A DNA stretch of 64,000 nucleotides from assembly GCA_964553015.1 (NCBI GenBank), contig CAZKJE010000002.1, forward strand, positions 14,175 through 78,174, in the 5' to 3' direction. The notes below the pieces were generated by a model. That model saw only the letters and a program-made list of their open reading frames with translations. It was not told the DNA's origin and did no database searches. A program made the position numbers and the translations under genes. This stretch comes from an uncultured Candidatus Saccharibacteria bacterium (lineage in GTDB: Bacteria; Patescibacteriota; Minisyncoccia; Phycocordibacterales; UBA9973). The stretch's first letter is position 1, and every line of letters starts with the position of its first letter. Of the stretch, positions 18,958-28,458 are shown in pieces.

Positions 18958-19707
18958 ATGCGGCGCAACATAATCGGTTGTCTCGTTGTTCTCTTGGTCT
19001 TGGCGTTCTCTGTTAACGCACAAGACTCTGAACTCTTAACGCTTGACCGTCGTCCAGACATTTTCTCAACGAAGATGGCGGTCCAACAGGGGGTGGGCGG
19101 AGTTTTCAACTCCGTTCAAATTCCGACTAGACGTCGCGGAGCACGTCGCCCTGTGCCAACTCCCACTTATATGACGCTCGAAATGGGAATCGGAGTAGTG
19201 GGGCCTGACGAGTTCGGGAAGTACAAGGTTCCTTTCTCCATTTGGTTTCCCGTTCCGGAGGGAACCACGTTCACAGGTTACTCTGTGGATGTGAATGGGA
19301 ACAGGAGTTACCTTGGGCACAACACGGTGACCAGCGAAACTGCGAACCTCGGTTGGGCGGGTAATCTCTGGGGTCCATATACGGGAGGTGCTCTCCTGCC
19401 AGAGAGCATCGTAGGGTTCGAGGTTGAGTTTACTGGTAACTTCCAGACCTACGGTATGCATACTCCGGCACCAGGGGCTACCAGACCTCCAGTGATAGTG
19501 GACGTGTACCCCAATGGGTTGCTCTTCCTCAAGGAGACGTTCGCAGTTCCACCGGTTATCTCTCTCAACGGAAGAGGCCATCCGATTCTGAACGGATGGG
19601 TGACTCCGATGGAGGGATATACGGGACCGGACGTTGTCGTAATTAGGTGCACAGGCTTTCCTCGTTCGGAGTGTCTGACCCAGGTCGTCGACATTCCGAC
19701 CTCATAA
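18958..19707 (+). CDS. secreted hypothetical protein with foreign (GC-rich) codon usage
   Basis: Start refined to the ATG after SD AGGAGGG. Signal peptide MRRNIIGCLVVLLVLAFSVNA. About 55% GC with G/C-ending codons (aag, gag, ttc, aac, tac), unlike neighbouring genes. Confidence 0.7.
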   Translation: MRRNIIGCLVVLLVLAFSVNAQDSELLTLDRRPDIFSTKMAVQQGVGGVFNSVQIPTRRRGARRPVPTPTYMTLEMGIGVVGPDEFGKYKVPFSIWFPVPEGTTFTGYSVDVNGNRSYLGHNTVTSETANLGWAGNLWGPYTGGALLPESIVGFEVEFTGNFQTYGMHTPAPGATRPPVIVDVYPNGLLFLKETFAVPPVISLNGRGHPILNGWVTPMEGYTGPDVVVIRCTGFPRSECLTQVVDIPTS

Positions 19708-19759
19708 CATTGAGAAGTTTAATAGAATCTGACCGAAAGGAAAGGTTCGAAGATCAACC

Positions 19760-19797
19760 GCCCCGGTTCCGCAAGGAATCCGGGGCATAACTTTTTA
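19760..19797 (+). terminator. intrinsic terminator
   Basis: GCCCCGGTTCC-GCAA-GGAATCCGGGGC hairpin followed by a T-rich tract. Confidence 0.6.
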
Positions 19798-19865
19798 TAC
19801 CAAAGTCTGAGTTATCCACATGCTTTCTTGATATTTTGTTTACTTTTTAAAGTATAATTGAGTAT

Positions 19866-22676
19866 ATGAACAAACTAAAATATTTTTTATTTGGCGCATT
19901 TTTTCTTTTAGCATTCGCTTTTTTATTTACTAATGTTAATCAAGTTTCCGCAGCTGGAAATTGTACGACAGATACTTGGAATCCTCCTAGTCTGGTTCCT
20001 TGGAAGACTACAGCCTCTACTCAAACATTTGACTTGACCCATACTTATAAGGATGGGTTTTTGCCTGGAGCCCCTTCTACAACTGAAACAGATTCTTGTA
20101 CAACAACAGCAAATCACGGCGCTACTTGCCAAGCGGGAGGTGTAACTGAATCATTACAAGGTCCACAGGATCCAGAATTTGGATATCCATGTAATCCAAG
20201 TGGATTAATAAACGTAACCAGTCCCATAAATAGAATAGATACACTTCTGCCAGTTTGCGGTACATGGAGTGGTTCGGGGCCGACATATACTCTCTCGGGT
20301 TCAACTGACCCGGCTGCAAGCGGGGGTAGTGGACAAAGTGGGATAAATGTTTCTGGTGGTTCTTGTACCGCTTCATCGGGGAGTTCTTGTACAGTAACTA
20401 TTTCAGATGTTGCGGGAAATCTAAAATCTTGTACCAGCCCGGTTTATGGTAATTATACAGTAGCCGCAGTTGCAAATAGTGGTGGCAGTGTTTCTCCAAT
20501 TTCTCAACCAAATGTAGCTTATGATTCTACGACAAATTTTACCGTTACCCCAAGTAATGGCTTTACTCATGCTGTTGGATCTCCAGGCTTTGGTCCTTCA
20601 GGGTGTGCTGATAATACAGGGACTTTTACTACTGGTACTAACTATCTTACTGGTAAGATTAAAAACAACTGCAACTACACTTTTAGTTTTACTCTTAGCG
20701 TTCCCGCTACTCCCACTGGTCTAACTGCCACACCTAGTTCTTGCGGAACAGGGAGAATAGATGTTTCGTGGAATGCATCCAGCGGCGCTACCAGCTACAC
20801 GCTTAAGGATGGAGCTGTTACTATTTATACCGGAGCTGCAACTTCTTTTGCTCACACTGGTCTAGTAGCGGGCTCGAGTCATAGTTACACCGTGAGTGCT
20901 ACAAATAGCGGCGGCACTTCTGCATACTCAAGCGCTGTTTCAGCGAGTGCGCCGATAGCGTGTGCTGCAGTTGTCAACGGCTCCTGTTCAGTAACCCACT
21001 ACGGTTGTACTGCAGGAACAAGCGCCAACAATGTAGACGGCGCTACTTCTTGGACTTGGGTTTGCAATGGTTCAAATGGCGGAACCAACGCATCCTGTTC
21101 TGAAGCGAAACCTTTACCCGATCTCACTGCTTCCTCTCCCACGCCAACGACAGCCACCACCGGCGTAGCGCAGACGTTCTCTTCAACTATCTCCAACATC
21201 GGCACCGCTTCAACTGGAGCTTCTTTCTCCAACTTCTTCCAGGTAGCCACAGCTGCCGGAGGAGGGGGAACTGTTACGGATCTTGCCTCTACTACAATGA
21301 CAACTCTGGCTGCCGGAGCCACTGGCACCAGCACCAAGGCCTACACCTTCCCATCTGCCGGCACATACTCTGTCCGAGCTTGCGCGGACAAGACTAACGC
21401 CGCTTCTACTGGAGTAATTACGGAATCAAATGAGGGTAACAATTGCAGTTCGTGGACAAATGTTTCAGTCACCAGCACCCCTGTCATGTCCGGCACCCTG
21501 ACTCCAAATCCTACTTCTTGTGTTATAGCTTCTGGTGCTTCAAGTTGTTCTGTCACTCTTAATTGGAGCATAGCAAATCCTGAAGGAATACCGACCGCTA
21601 TCACAGCCACAGGAATGACTAATGTGAATGTCACAAACACTCTGGCAACACCCCAATCCGGGAATCAATCTTTAACTGTTCCGTACAGTTCTAGAATATT
21701 TTATCTTTACAATAATGGAGTTCAGCTTGCTACCAGCAGTGCTACTGCCAGTTGTACAGGGGGGACTGCATGGAATGGAAGTATCTGCGCTCCCGCTATG
21801 TCCGGCACACTTACGTCTTCAGCTCCATCTTGCGTAATTGCTTCCGGAGCAAGCACTTGCATTGTAAATCTCACTTGGACTACGACAAATCCCGAAGCAA
21901 CTTCTGCGGTCACTTCTTCTTATCCTGCTCCTAACACTACTGTTTTCACTGGATTAAACGGCGGTCCTTCATCGGTTACCATTCCGTACAGTTCCAGAAC
22001 TTTCTATCTTTACAATAATGCAAAATCACTCGTGCCGACTTCTCCTAGCGGAGCCGGTATCGTCGTGACTGCAAGCTGTACAGGAGGAACAGCTTGGAAT
22101 GGAACAGTTTGCGCAAACGTTCCTCCCACGGTTAACGCCGGTCCCGATAAGGCCATAACTCTTCCTACTAGTTCTTCCGCTCCTACCGGCGCCTATGCTA
22201 CCGATGTCTCGCCTGGCACAATAAGCAGCAGATTGTGGACGAAAACTTCTGGCCCGAGTGCTACCATTACCAATGGGACGACGCTTACTCCTACGTTTTC
22301 TAATATGACAGCCGCCGGCACATACGTCTTCCGTCTCACTGCTACCGACAATCAGGGGGCTACAGGATTTGACGAAATGCAGGTTGTGGTTTCAGCTTCC
22401 GGCGGTGGAGAAGAATGCACTAATGGAGCAACGAATTATCCCGAGTGTACTATCGATGGCGGAGGATGCCTCAACGGCGCAACCAATCCGCCTCTTTGCA
22501 CCATCGGGGCAGGCACTAATGGCAACTGCGCAATCACGCCTAACACCTGTTCTTCTGGAACACCGACCGTTGGCGCATGGAATGCCTCTAACCATGTCTG
22601 GACTTGTACTGGAACGAACGGAGTGCCTGTATCATGTTCAGCCCCGAAGAGACAGCCGGACTTTATAGAAAATTAA
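19866..22676 (+). CDS. large Thr/Ser/Gly/Cys-rich cell-surface protein with an Fn3-like domain and tandem repeat modules (putative adhesin)
   Basis: 936 aa. N-terminal signal/anchor. Fn3-like segment (GLTATPSSCGTGRIDVSWNASSGATSYTL ... YTVSATNSGG). Two tandem repeats of about 105 aa. Repeated Cys modules (C..GC..G...W.W.C.G.NG...SCS). TATAAT lies 7 nt upstream of the ATG. Confidence 0.8.
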   Translation: MNKLKYFLFGAFFLLAFAFLFTNVNQVSAAGNCTTDTWNPPSLVPWKTTASTQTFDLTHTYKDGFLPGAPSTTETDSCTTTANHGATCQAGGVTESLQGPQDPEFGYPCNPSGLINVTSPINRIDTLLPVCGTWSGSGPTYTLSGSTDPAASGGSGQSGINVSGGSCTASSGSSCTVTISDVAGNLKSCTSPVYGNYTVAAVANSGGSVSPISQPNVAYDSTTNFTVTPSNGFTHAVGSPGFGPSGCADNTGTFTTGTNYLTGKIKNNCNYTFSFTLSVPATPTGLTATPSSCGTGRIDVSWNASSGATSYTLKDGAVTIYTGAATSFAHTGLVAGSSHSYTVSATNSGGTSAYSSAVSASAPIACAAVVNGSCSVTHYGCTAGTSANNVDGATSWTWVCNGSNGGTNASCSEAKPLPDLTASSPTPTTATTGVAQTFSSTISNIGTASTGASFSNFFQVATAAGGGGTVTDLASTTMTTLAAGATGTSTKAYTFPSAGTYSVRACADKTNAASTGVITESNEGNNCSSWTNVSVTSTPVMSGTLTPNPTSCVIASGASSCSVTLNWSIANPEGIPTAITATGMTNVNVTNTLATPQSGNQSLTVPYSSRIFYLYNNGVQLATSSATASCTGGTAWNGSICAPAMSGTLTSSAPSCVIASGASTCIVNLTWTTTNPEATSAVTSSYPAPNTTVFTGLNGGPSSVTIPYSSRTFYLYNNAKSLVPTSPSGAGIVVTASCTGGTAWNGTVCANVPPTVNAGPDKAITLPTSSSAPTGAYATDVSPGTISSRLWTKTSGPSATITNGTTLTPTFSNMTAAGTYVFRLTATDNQGATGFDEMQVVVSASGGGEECTNGATNYPECTIDGGGCLNGATNPPLCTIGAGTNGNCAITPNTCSSGTPTVGAWNASNHVWTCTGTNGVPVSCSAPKRQPDFIEN
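21478..22113 (+). repeat. two tandem coding repeats of about 318 bp inside the surface-protein gene
   Basis: Repeat 1 is PVMSGTLTPNPTSCVIASGASSCSVTLNW...CTGGTAWNGSICAPA. Repeat 2 is MSGTLTSSAPSCVIASGASTCIVNLTW...CTGGTAWNGTVCAN. Roughly 60% identity. Confidence 0.6.
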
Positions 22677-22747
22677 AAAATAAAATTATTCAGCAAAAAA
22701 ATCCCCCAGATAAACATTTGCGGGATTTTTTTGTTATAATAGAGAAG

Positions 22748-24511
22748 ATGCAGATCAATGAAGACAAGATAAAAAAATTTATTTTAGATTCAGGCCTCGT
22801 TTCTAAAACGGATCTCGAAGATGCTATGGAAAAAGCCGCGGAGAAAAATCAAAAGATCTCCGATTTTTTACTTTCCGAGGGAAAAATATCTGAAACGGAT
22901 ATGAGGCGGATGCAGGCTTTTGCCTTAGGCATTCCTTTTATAAGCTTAGCTGGAGAAAAAATAGAATTTTCCGTCTTGTCCCTCATTCCGGAGCCGATCG
23001 CCCGAAATTACAATATAGTTGCCTATAAAAAAAATGACGATAAATTGGAAGTCGCCATGCTGGACGCAGATGACCTGCCGGTAATTGATTTCATCAAGAA
23101 ACGCTCTGGGTTGAAAATATTGCCTCGGCTTACCGACGATGCTTCTATAAAGTCTGTACTGGTGCAATACAGGCAGAGTTTAAAGGCCGAATTTCAGAAT
23201 ATAATTCAAAAAGAAGCAAATGCACTTGCCAAAGCAGGGGGTGAAAAGACAGGAGATAAGGGAGCAGAAAAAACTGAAAGCGAACTCAAGAAAATGGCCG
23301 AAGATTTGCCGGTGGTCAAAATCGTCGACTCACTTATTTTTCATGCTATTCTCCAAAGTGCTTCAGATATTCACATAGAGCCGGGAGAAAAAGAACTGAC
23401 AGTGCGCTACAGGATAGACGGCATATTGCATGATGCCATGGTTCTGGACAAGACCGCCGGCGCCGGCATAACCGCCCGCATAAAAGTATTATCCAATTTA
23501 AAACTGGACGAAAAACGCTTGCCCCAAGACGGCAGATTTAAAATAGAGCAGAACGGAGAAAAAATTTCTTTCCGCGTTTCCACTCTGCCGACTTTTTACG
23601 GAGAAAAAACTGTTATCAGAATCCTCAAGGAAAACGCGCACGGCTTTTCTTTGGAGACGCTCGGCTTTCACGGGGAAGGACTGGAGCGGATCCACGCTTC
23701 GCTCAAACAAAAAACCGGAATGGTGCTCGCGACGGGACCGACGGGTTCAGGAAAGACGACGACGCTCTACACCATGCTCGATATTTTAAATAGGCCCGAA
23801 GTAAATATTTCTACGGTTGAAGATCCGATAGAGTATCAGATGCCGAGGGTGAATCAAACTCAAGTCAAACCCGAAATCGGGCTAACTTTTGCAAACGGCC
23901 TGCGCTCACTTTTGCGTCAGGATCCGGATATCGTGATGGTTGGGGAGATTCGCGATGGCGAAACGGCCGGCCTCGCCATCAACGCGTCTTTAACCGGACA
24001 CCTTGTACTCTCTACCATCCATACCAATTCCGCCGCCGGCGCGATACCTCGGCTCATAGACATGGGAGCTGAGCCGTTCCTCATAACCGCCACCGTCAAA
24101 ACTATCATCGCGCAGAGATTGGTGCGCAAGCTTACCCCGAATAAAGAAAAATATTTTTTGTCTCCGGCTGAGTTGAAAAATCTCGGAAACGTTGTTGACT
24201 TGGATCGCCTGCTTGGATTTCTAAAAGCTGAAAAAATAGTGGGCGCGAGCGATACTTGGGCGAAAATTCCTTTTTACAAGCCGGTAGCTTCAAGTGAATT
24301 TGAAGATGGATATTCCAGCCGAATAGGCATGCATGAGGTTCTAAAGGTTACGCCTACTATCAAGGAAATGATCATAAAAGGAAGCTCACAGGATGAAATG
24401 GAAGCGCAGGCAAAGAAAGAGGGAATGATGACCATGATAGAAGACGGAGTTTATCAGGCGGTCTTGGGAGTGACGACGCTTGAAGAAGTGTTCAGAGTAG
24501 TTTCAGAATAG
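22748..24511 (+). CDS. pilB: type IV pilus assembly ATPase PilB (GspE family)
   Basis: Start refined to MQINEDK, which gives an N-terminal GSPII domain. Walker A GPTGSGKTT. Asp and His boxes present. Confidence 0.9.
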   Translation: MQINEDKIKKFILDSGLVSKTDLEDAMEKAAEKNQKISDFLLSEGKISETDMRRMQAFALGIPFISLAGEKIEFSVLSLIPEPIARNYNIVAYKKNDDKLEVAMLDADDLPVIDFIKKRSGLKILPRLTDDASIKSVLVQYRQSLKAEFQNIIQKEANALAKAGGEKTGDKGAEKTESELKKMAEDLPVVKIVDSLIFHAILQSASDIHIEPGEKELTVRYRIDGILHDAMVLDKTAGAGITARIKVLSNLKLDEKRLPQDGRFKIEQNGEKISFRVSTLPTFYGEKTVIRILKENAHGFSLETLGFHGEGLERIHASLKQKTGMVLATGPTGSGKTTTLYTMLDILNRPEVNISTVEDPIEYQMPRVNQTQVKPEIGLTFANGLRSLLRQDPDIVMVGEIRDGETAGLAINASLTGHLVLSTIHTNSAAGAIPRLIDMGAEPFLITATVKTIIAQRLVRKLTPNKEKYFLSPAELKNLGNVVDLDRLLGFLKAEKIVGASDTWAKIPFYKPVASSEFEDGYSSRIGMHEVLKVTPTIKEMIIKGSSQDEMEAQAKKEGMMTMIEDGVYQAVLGVTTLEEVFRVVSE

Positions 24512-24533
24512 TTCTCACGAGCACCATAAATAA

Positions 24534-25751
24534 ATGTTATTTTCATACAGCGCAAAATCAAAAACGGGAGAAATCATGGAAGGAATTTTGGAGTTCCCGG
24601 ATCGTTTTTTGGCAGCGCGCGATTTGCGGTCTCGGGGCTACACGCCTATTTCTATTTCCGAAAAGGGCAAAAGTATTGCTGACAAACTTGGTTCCATGAA
24701 AGGCATGTTCTCAAAAGTAAGCGTAGGAGAGCAGATTATTTTTACAAAAAATTTAAGCGGTATGATAAAGGCGGGACTTTCGCTGTCGCGAGCGCTCTCG
24801 GTTTTACAAAAACAAACAAAGAACCCAAAACTTATTGATATTCTGACTTCGGTCTCAAGCGATATAAATTCCGGCGGAAACTTTTCCGCGGCGCTTGCAA
24901 ATTTTCCAGATGTATTTTCCAAACTTTTTACTTCCATGGTCCGTGCAGGAGAAGAGTCCGGAAATCTATCTGGCGCGCTTTCTGATATAGGAGTAAATCT
25001 GGAAAAAGCTTATTCGCTGACTAAAAAAGTTCGTGGAGCGCTCATATATCCAGGGGTAATAATGTCGGCCATGATAGTCATAGGCGTGCTCATGTTTGCT
25101 TTCGTGGTGCCGACCTTGGCGGGAACCTTTAGAGAGCTCGGGGTTACATTGCCGACTTCAACTCGTATTCTTGTATTCATCGGCAACTTTTTCTCAAACC
25201 ACCTCCTGCTAACTTTTTTGATACTAGTTTTGGCTTTCTCTGCCTTGTTTTTCTTTTTTCGCGCAAAGTTTATGGCAAAGTATATAGACTTCGTTATTTT
25301 AAAAATACCCGTTATAGGTGTTTTAGCAAAAGAAATAAATACGGCTCGTACCGCTCGCACTATCGCCTCTCTTTTGTCTTCTGGGGTTTCTATCGTTCGA
25401 GCGGTCGAGATAACGGAAGATGTCGTCCAGAATGTTTTTTATAAAAGAATTTTAAACGAAGCAAGAATTGCTATTGAAAAAGGCGCTCCTTTTTCCGCTG
25501 TATTTGAAGCGAACGAAAAGCTTTATCCGGTAATGATGGCGGAAATGGTAGCCGTCGGCGAGGAGACGGGAAAGCTATCGGACATGCTTCACGAAATCGC
25601 TCTTTTCTATGAAGAAGAAATAGAAAATAAGACAAAAAATCTTTCTACTATCATCGAGCCGGTACTGATGATCCTGATTGGCACAGCAGTGGGCTTCTTT
25701 GCTATTTCTATGATCTCTCCGCTTTATTCAATTTTGGGCAGCATAAATTAA
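24534..25751 (+). CDS. pilC: type IV pilus inner-membrane platform protein PilC (GspF family)
   Basis: Two GspF repeats. 405 aa. Confidence 0.9.
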   Translation: MLFSYSAKSKTGEIMEGILEFPDRFLAARDLRSRGYTPISISEKGKSIADKLGSMKGMFSKVSVGEQIIFTKNLSGMIKAGLSLSRALSVLQKQTKNPKLIDILTSVSSDINSGGNFSAALANFPDVFSKLFTSMVRAGEESGNLSGALSDIGVNLEKAYSLTKKVRGALIYPGVIMSAMIVIGVLMFAFVVPTLAGTFRELGVTLPTSTRILVFIGNFFSNHLLLTFLILVLAFSALFFFFRAKFMAKYIDFVILKIPVIGVLAKEINTARTARTIASLLSSGVSIVRAVEITEDVVQNVFYKRILNEARIAIEKGAPFSAVFEANEKLYPVMMAEMVAVGEETGKLSDMLHEIALFYEEEIENKTKNLSTIIEPVLMILIGTAVGFFAISMISPLYSILGSIN

Positions 25752-26219
25752 ATGAAAAATTTTTACAAAAAAGGAATAAGCGCTATTGAGATATTTGTGG
25801 TAGTGGCCATAGTAGCTCTTCTCGCTACTGTCGTTATTCCTCAGTTTTCTAAAATTCGCGAAAGACAGGTTTTAAAAAGCGCTGTCAGTGACATTTTATC
25901 CAGTATAAATAAAGCACAGATAAAAACTCTGGCCTCGGTCGACTCGTCTTCTTATGGCGTGCATTTTGAATCAGGTAAAGTTATAATTTTTAAAGGGATA
26001 GTTTTTTCTTCCAGCGACTTAAATAATGAAAATGTAGATCTGACCTCGCCGGCAAATATTTCTAATGTAACTTTGGCAGGAGTAAGCGCAAGTTCAGGGG
26101 AAATTTATTTCAATCGACTGTCCGGTGTTCCCAATAAATCCGGTACGGTGACGGTATCAACGACAAATTTTGTAAAAACCATTACTATTTCCGCCATAGG
26201 CCAGGCAAGCGCGAACTAA
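25752..26219 (+). CDS. type IV pilin-like protein (pseudopilin 1)
   Basis: Prepilin leader MKNFYKKG followed by ISAIEIFVVVAIVALLA, with Glu at +5 and a hydrophobic helix. Confidence 0.7.
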   Translation: MKNFYKKGISAIEIFVVVAIVALLATVVIPQFSKIRERQVLKSAVSDILSSINKAQIKTLASVDSSSYGVHFESGKVIIFKGIVFSSSDLNNENVDLTSPANISNVTLAGVSASSGEIYFNRLSGVPNKSGTVTVSTTNFVKTITISAIGQASAN

Positions 26220-26220
26220 A

Positions 26221-26640
26221 ATGAGAATAAATTTTAAAAATAAAGGCTTTATGATGGTGGAAGTATTGGTAGCAGTCTCAATTATTACTGCTGCTATATT
26301 GGCTACGATGGCCGTCGCCCAAAAGTCTGTGTATGTTTCCCGTCAAGCTCTGCATACTACACAGGCGGCATTTTTATTGGAAGAAGGGGCGGAAAATGCA
26401 CGAATCGCGCGAGACAATGCATGGAGCAATGTCGCTTCTTTGAACACCTCGGAACAAATAGGGATTTTTACCAGAACAGTTGCTGCTTCCGGTGTGAACC
26501 GAGACAATACCACTTCAGATATTAGTGCCGCTGGCACGGATGATCCGGATACAAAATTGATCACCGTTACCGTATATTGGCCGGAAGGAGGAAACGTAAT
26601 AACCAAGACTTTACAATTTTATATTATGAATATTTTTTAG
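26221..26640 (+). CDS. type IV pilin-like protein (pseudopilin 2)
   Basis: Leader MRINFKNKG followed by FMMVEVLVAVSII, with Glu at +5. Confidence 0.7.
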   Translation: MRINFKNKGFMMVEVLVAVSIITAAILATMAVAQKSVYVSRQALHTTQAAFLLEEGAENARIARDNAWSNVASLNTSEQIGIFTRTVAASGVNRDNTTSDISAAGTDDPDTKLITVTVYWPEGGNVITKTLQFYIMNIF

Positions 26641-26648
26641 TTGTTACA

Positions 26649-27152
26649 ATGCTTACAATTTATAAAAATAAGAATAAAAACGGTTATGCGCTTCTCGAGC
26701 TTTTGTTTTACATAGCTTTTTTCTCACTGCTTTCGATTATAGTTATAAACGCCATGATAACCATGGCGCAATCTTTCAAAGAAACAGAAATCCAAACAGA
26801 ACTTTTGCGAAGCGGATCAATAATGGAAAGGATCTCGCGAGAAGTAAGAGGAGCGATTAACATAAGCTCAATAACTACGACTGACCTCAAATTAAATACA
26901 ACAGACAGTGCCGGAACAGCAAAAACCGTAGAATTTTTAATGTCCGGTTCAAATCTGCAGCTTTTAGAGAATGAAATCCTTACCGGAAATTTAAATAGTG
27001 CGAATATAATCATTTCTGGCCTTACTTTTACGCAAATAACCACCACAGAAGGAGTCGGAGTTAAAATTGTTTTAACTGTGCAGTCTCCAAGCGATAAATA
27101 TAGCAGAACAGTGGATTTTTACGACACTGTCATTTTACGAGGAAATTATTAA
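26649..27152 (+). CDS. type IV pilin-like protein (pseudopilin 3)
   Basis: Start refined to MLTIYKNKNKNG followed by YALLELLFYIAFF, with Glu at +5. The longer upstream ORF extension would give an implausible 36-aa leader. Confidence 0.65.
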   Translation: MLTIYKNKNKNGYALLELLFYIAFFSLLSIIVINAMITMAQSFKETEIQTELLRSGSIMERISREVRGAINISSITTTDLKLNTTDSAGTAKTVEFLMSGSNLQLLENEILTGNLNSANIIISGLTFTQITTTEGVGVKIVLTVQSPSDKYSRTVDFYDTVILRGNY

Positions 27153-27158
27153 TCAAAC

Positions 27159-28439
27159 ATGAAAAAAGATTTCAAAAAAATTAATAATCAGTCCCTGCCT
27201 GCCGGCCGGCAGGGCGGAGCAGCGATGCTGATAGCCGTAGTTTTTTTTCTGTTTATTTCTTTAGCAATAATTTCCGGCCTCGTGTCGCCGTCTGTGCGCG
27301 AATTCAAAAATGCCAATGATGCGGTCAGATCGAGACAAAGTTTATTTTTGTCCGAATCGGGAACAGAGGACGCCTATTTTAGATTGAAAAATGCAAAAAC
27401 TATAAGCTCTCCGGTGGTGCTGGTTTTAAACGGTAATACTGCGACAACCACTATCACAGATTCCGGATATAACGAAAAAACTGTAACGGCGCTTGGAGAT
27501 GTTTCAGCGCGGCAGAGAAAAAGTGAAATTGTTCTGACCACGGGCGACGGGGTTTCTTTCAGCTATGGTATCCAGTCAGGGGTCGGCGGATTTGTTATAG
27601 GTAACGCTGTCGTGAATGGTAATGTATATTCAAACGGAAATATCACAGGGGCTAATGGCGCTACTATTACCGGTTCGGCTTTTGCCGCCGGAGCGACGGG
27701 GGTTATTGATAATATAGATGTGGGACAGGGAGGCATAGGGGACATAAAAGCGCATACTGTGAATGATTCTACTGCTGCCGGCAATTTATATTGCCAAGTT
27801 GGCTCGAACAATAATAAATCCTGCAATACATCTCAGGCTGATCCGGAAATAGCGCCGATGCCAATCACGGAAGAGATGATTAATAAATGGAAAGCAGATG
27901 CAGAACTTGGCGGAATTTTTACTGGAAACATGATTATATCCGAGCAGACGAGCCTAGGGCCGAAAAAAATTACAGGCAATTTGTCTATTGAGGCTGATGT
28001 AGTTATTACGGGTACTGTTTATGTAACAGGGAATATTACGACTAATAACGGCGCAGAGGTTTCTTTGAGCAGTTCTTATGGGGCTCTCGGCGGAATTATT
28101 GTTGCTGACGGAAGAGTAACTCTTTCCAATAACGTTAAATTTTTTGGATCTGGCACTGCAGGCACATACATATTATTAGTCACTACAAGCGCGTGCCCGA
28201 CGGACTGTTCAGGCTTGAATGCTCTGGAAATTTTAAACAACGTAGGCGCAATACTGGTGAATGCTCAAAATGGCACGGTGCACCTCAACAATAATGTTAC
28301 CCTGAACGAAGTTGTGGGAAATACAATTATTGTAGACAATAGCGCGGTGATAAATTATCTTTCGGGGCTTGCTAACCAAAATTTTTCTTCCGGACCTTCG
28401 GGAGGATGGAACATTGATAGCTGGAAGGAGGTGGAATAA
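27159..28439 (+). CDS. PilX-N-like pilus-associated protein with a Gly/Asn-rich beta-helix-like repeat region
   Basis: N-terminus RQGGAAMLIAVVFFLFISLAIISGL resembles the PilX N-terminal domain. Repetitive GNxxVNGNVYSNGNITGANGATITG tracts. Contains the perfect 16-bp palindrome CCTGCCGGCCGGCAGG in-frame. Confidence 0.5.
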   Translation: MKKDFKKINNQSLPAGRQGGAAMLIAVVFFLFISLAIISGLVSPSVREFKNANDAVRSRQSLFLSESGTEDAYFRLKNAKTISSPVVLVLNGNTATTTITDSGYNEKTVTALGDVSARQRKSEIVLTTGDGVSFSYGIQSGVGGFVIGNAVVNGNVYSNGNITGANGATITGSAFAAGATGVIDNIDVGQGGIGDIKAHTVNDSTAAGNLYCQVGSNNNKSCNTSQADPEIAPMPITEEMINKWKADAELGGIFTGNMIISEQTSLGPKKITGNLSIEADVVITGTVYVTGNITTNNGAEVSLSSSYGALGGIIVADGRVTLSNNVKFFGSGTAGTYILLVTTSACPTDCSGLNALEILNNVGAILVNAQNGTVHLNNNVTLNEVVGNTIIVDNSAVINYLSGLANQNFSSGPSGGWNIDSWKEVE

Positions 28440-28458
28440 GGTGTGTTATACTGTACTC

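Noticed and set aside
21478-22113. Possible CRISPR array or non-coding tandem repeats in the 21.4-22.1 kb region.
   Set aside because: The repeats are about 318 bp, imperfect (about 60% identity) and in-frame coding within one ORF, with no short spacers. They are protein domain repeats and not CRISPR.
22604-22750. Longer N-terminal extensions offered by the ORF track: pilB 22604, tpiA 28369, recJ 30682, ftsH 41089, ORF 44004 overlapping the tRNA, recG 50215 overlapping pilA, 18796, 26577, 36554, 60438.
   Set aside because: The homologous N-termini begin at internal Met codons: [53 protein letters not shown]. The extensions overlap neighbouring genes or the tRNA, or would create implausible prepilin leaders.
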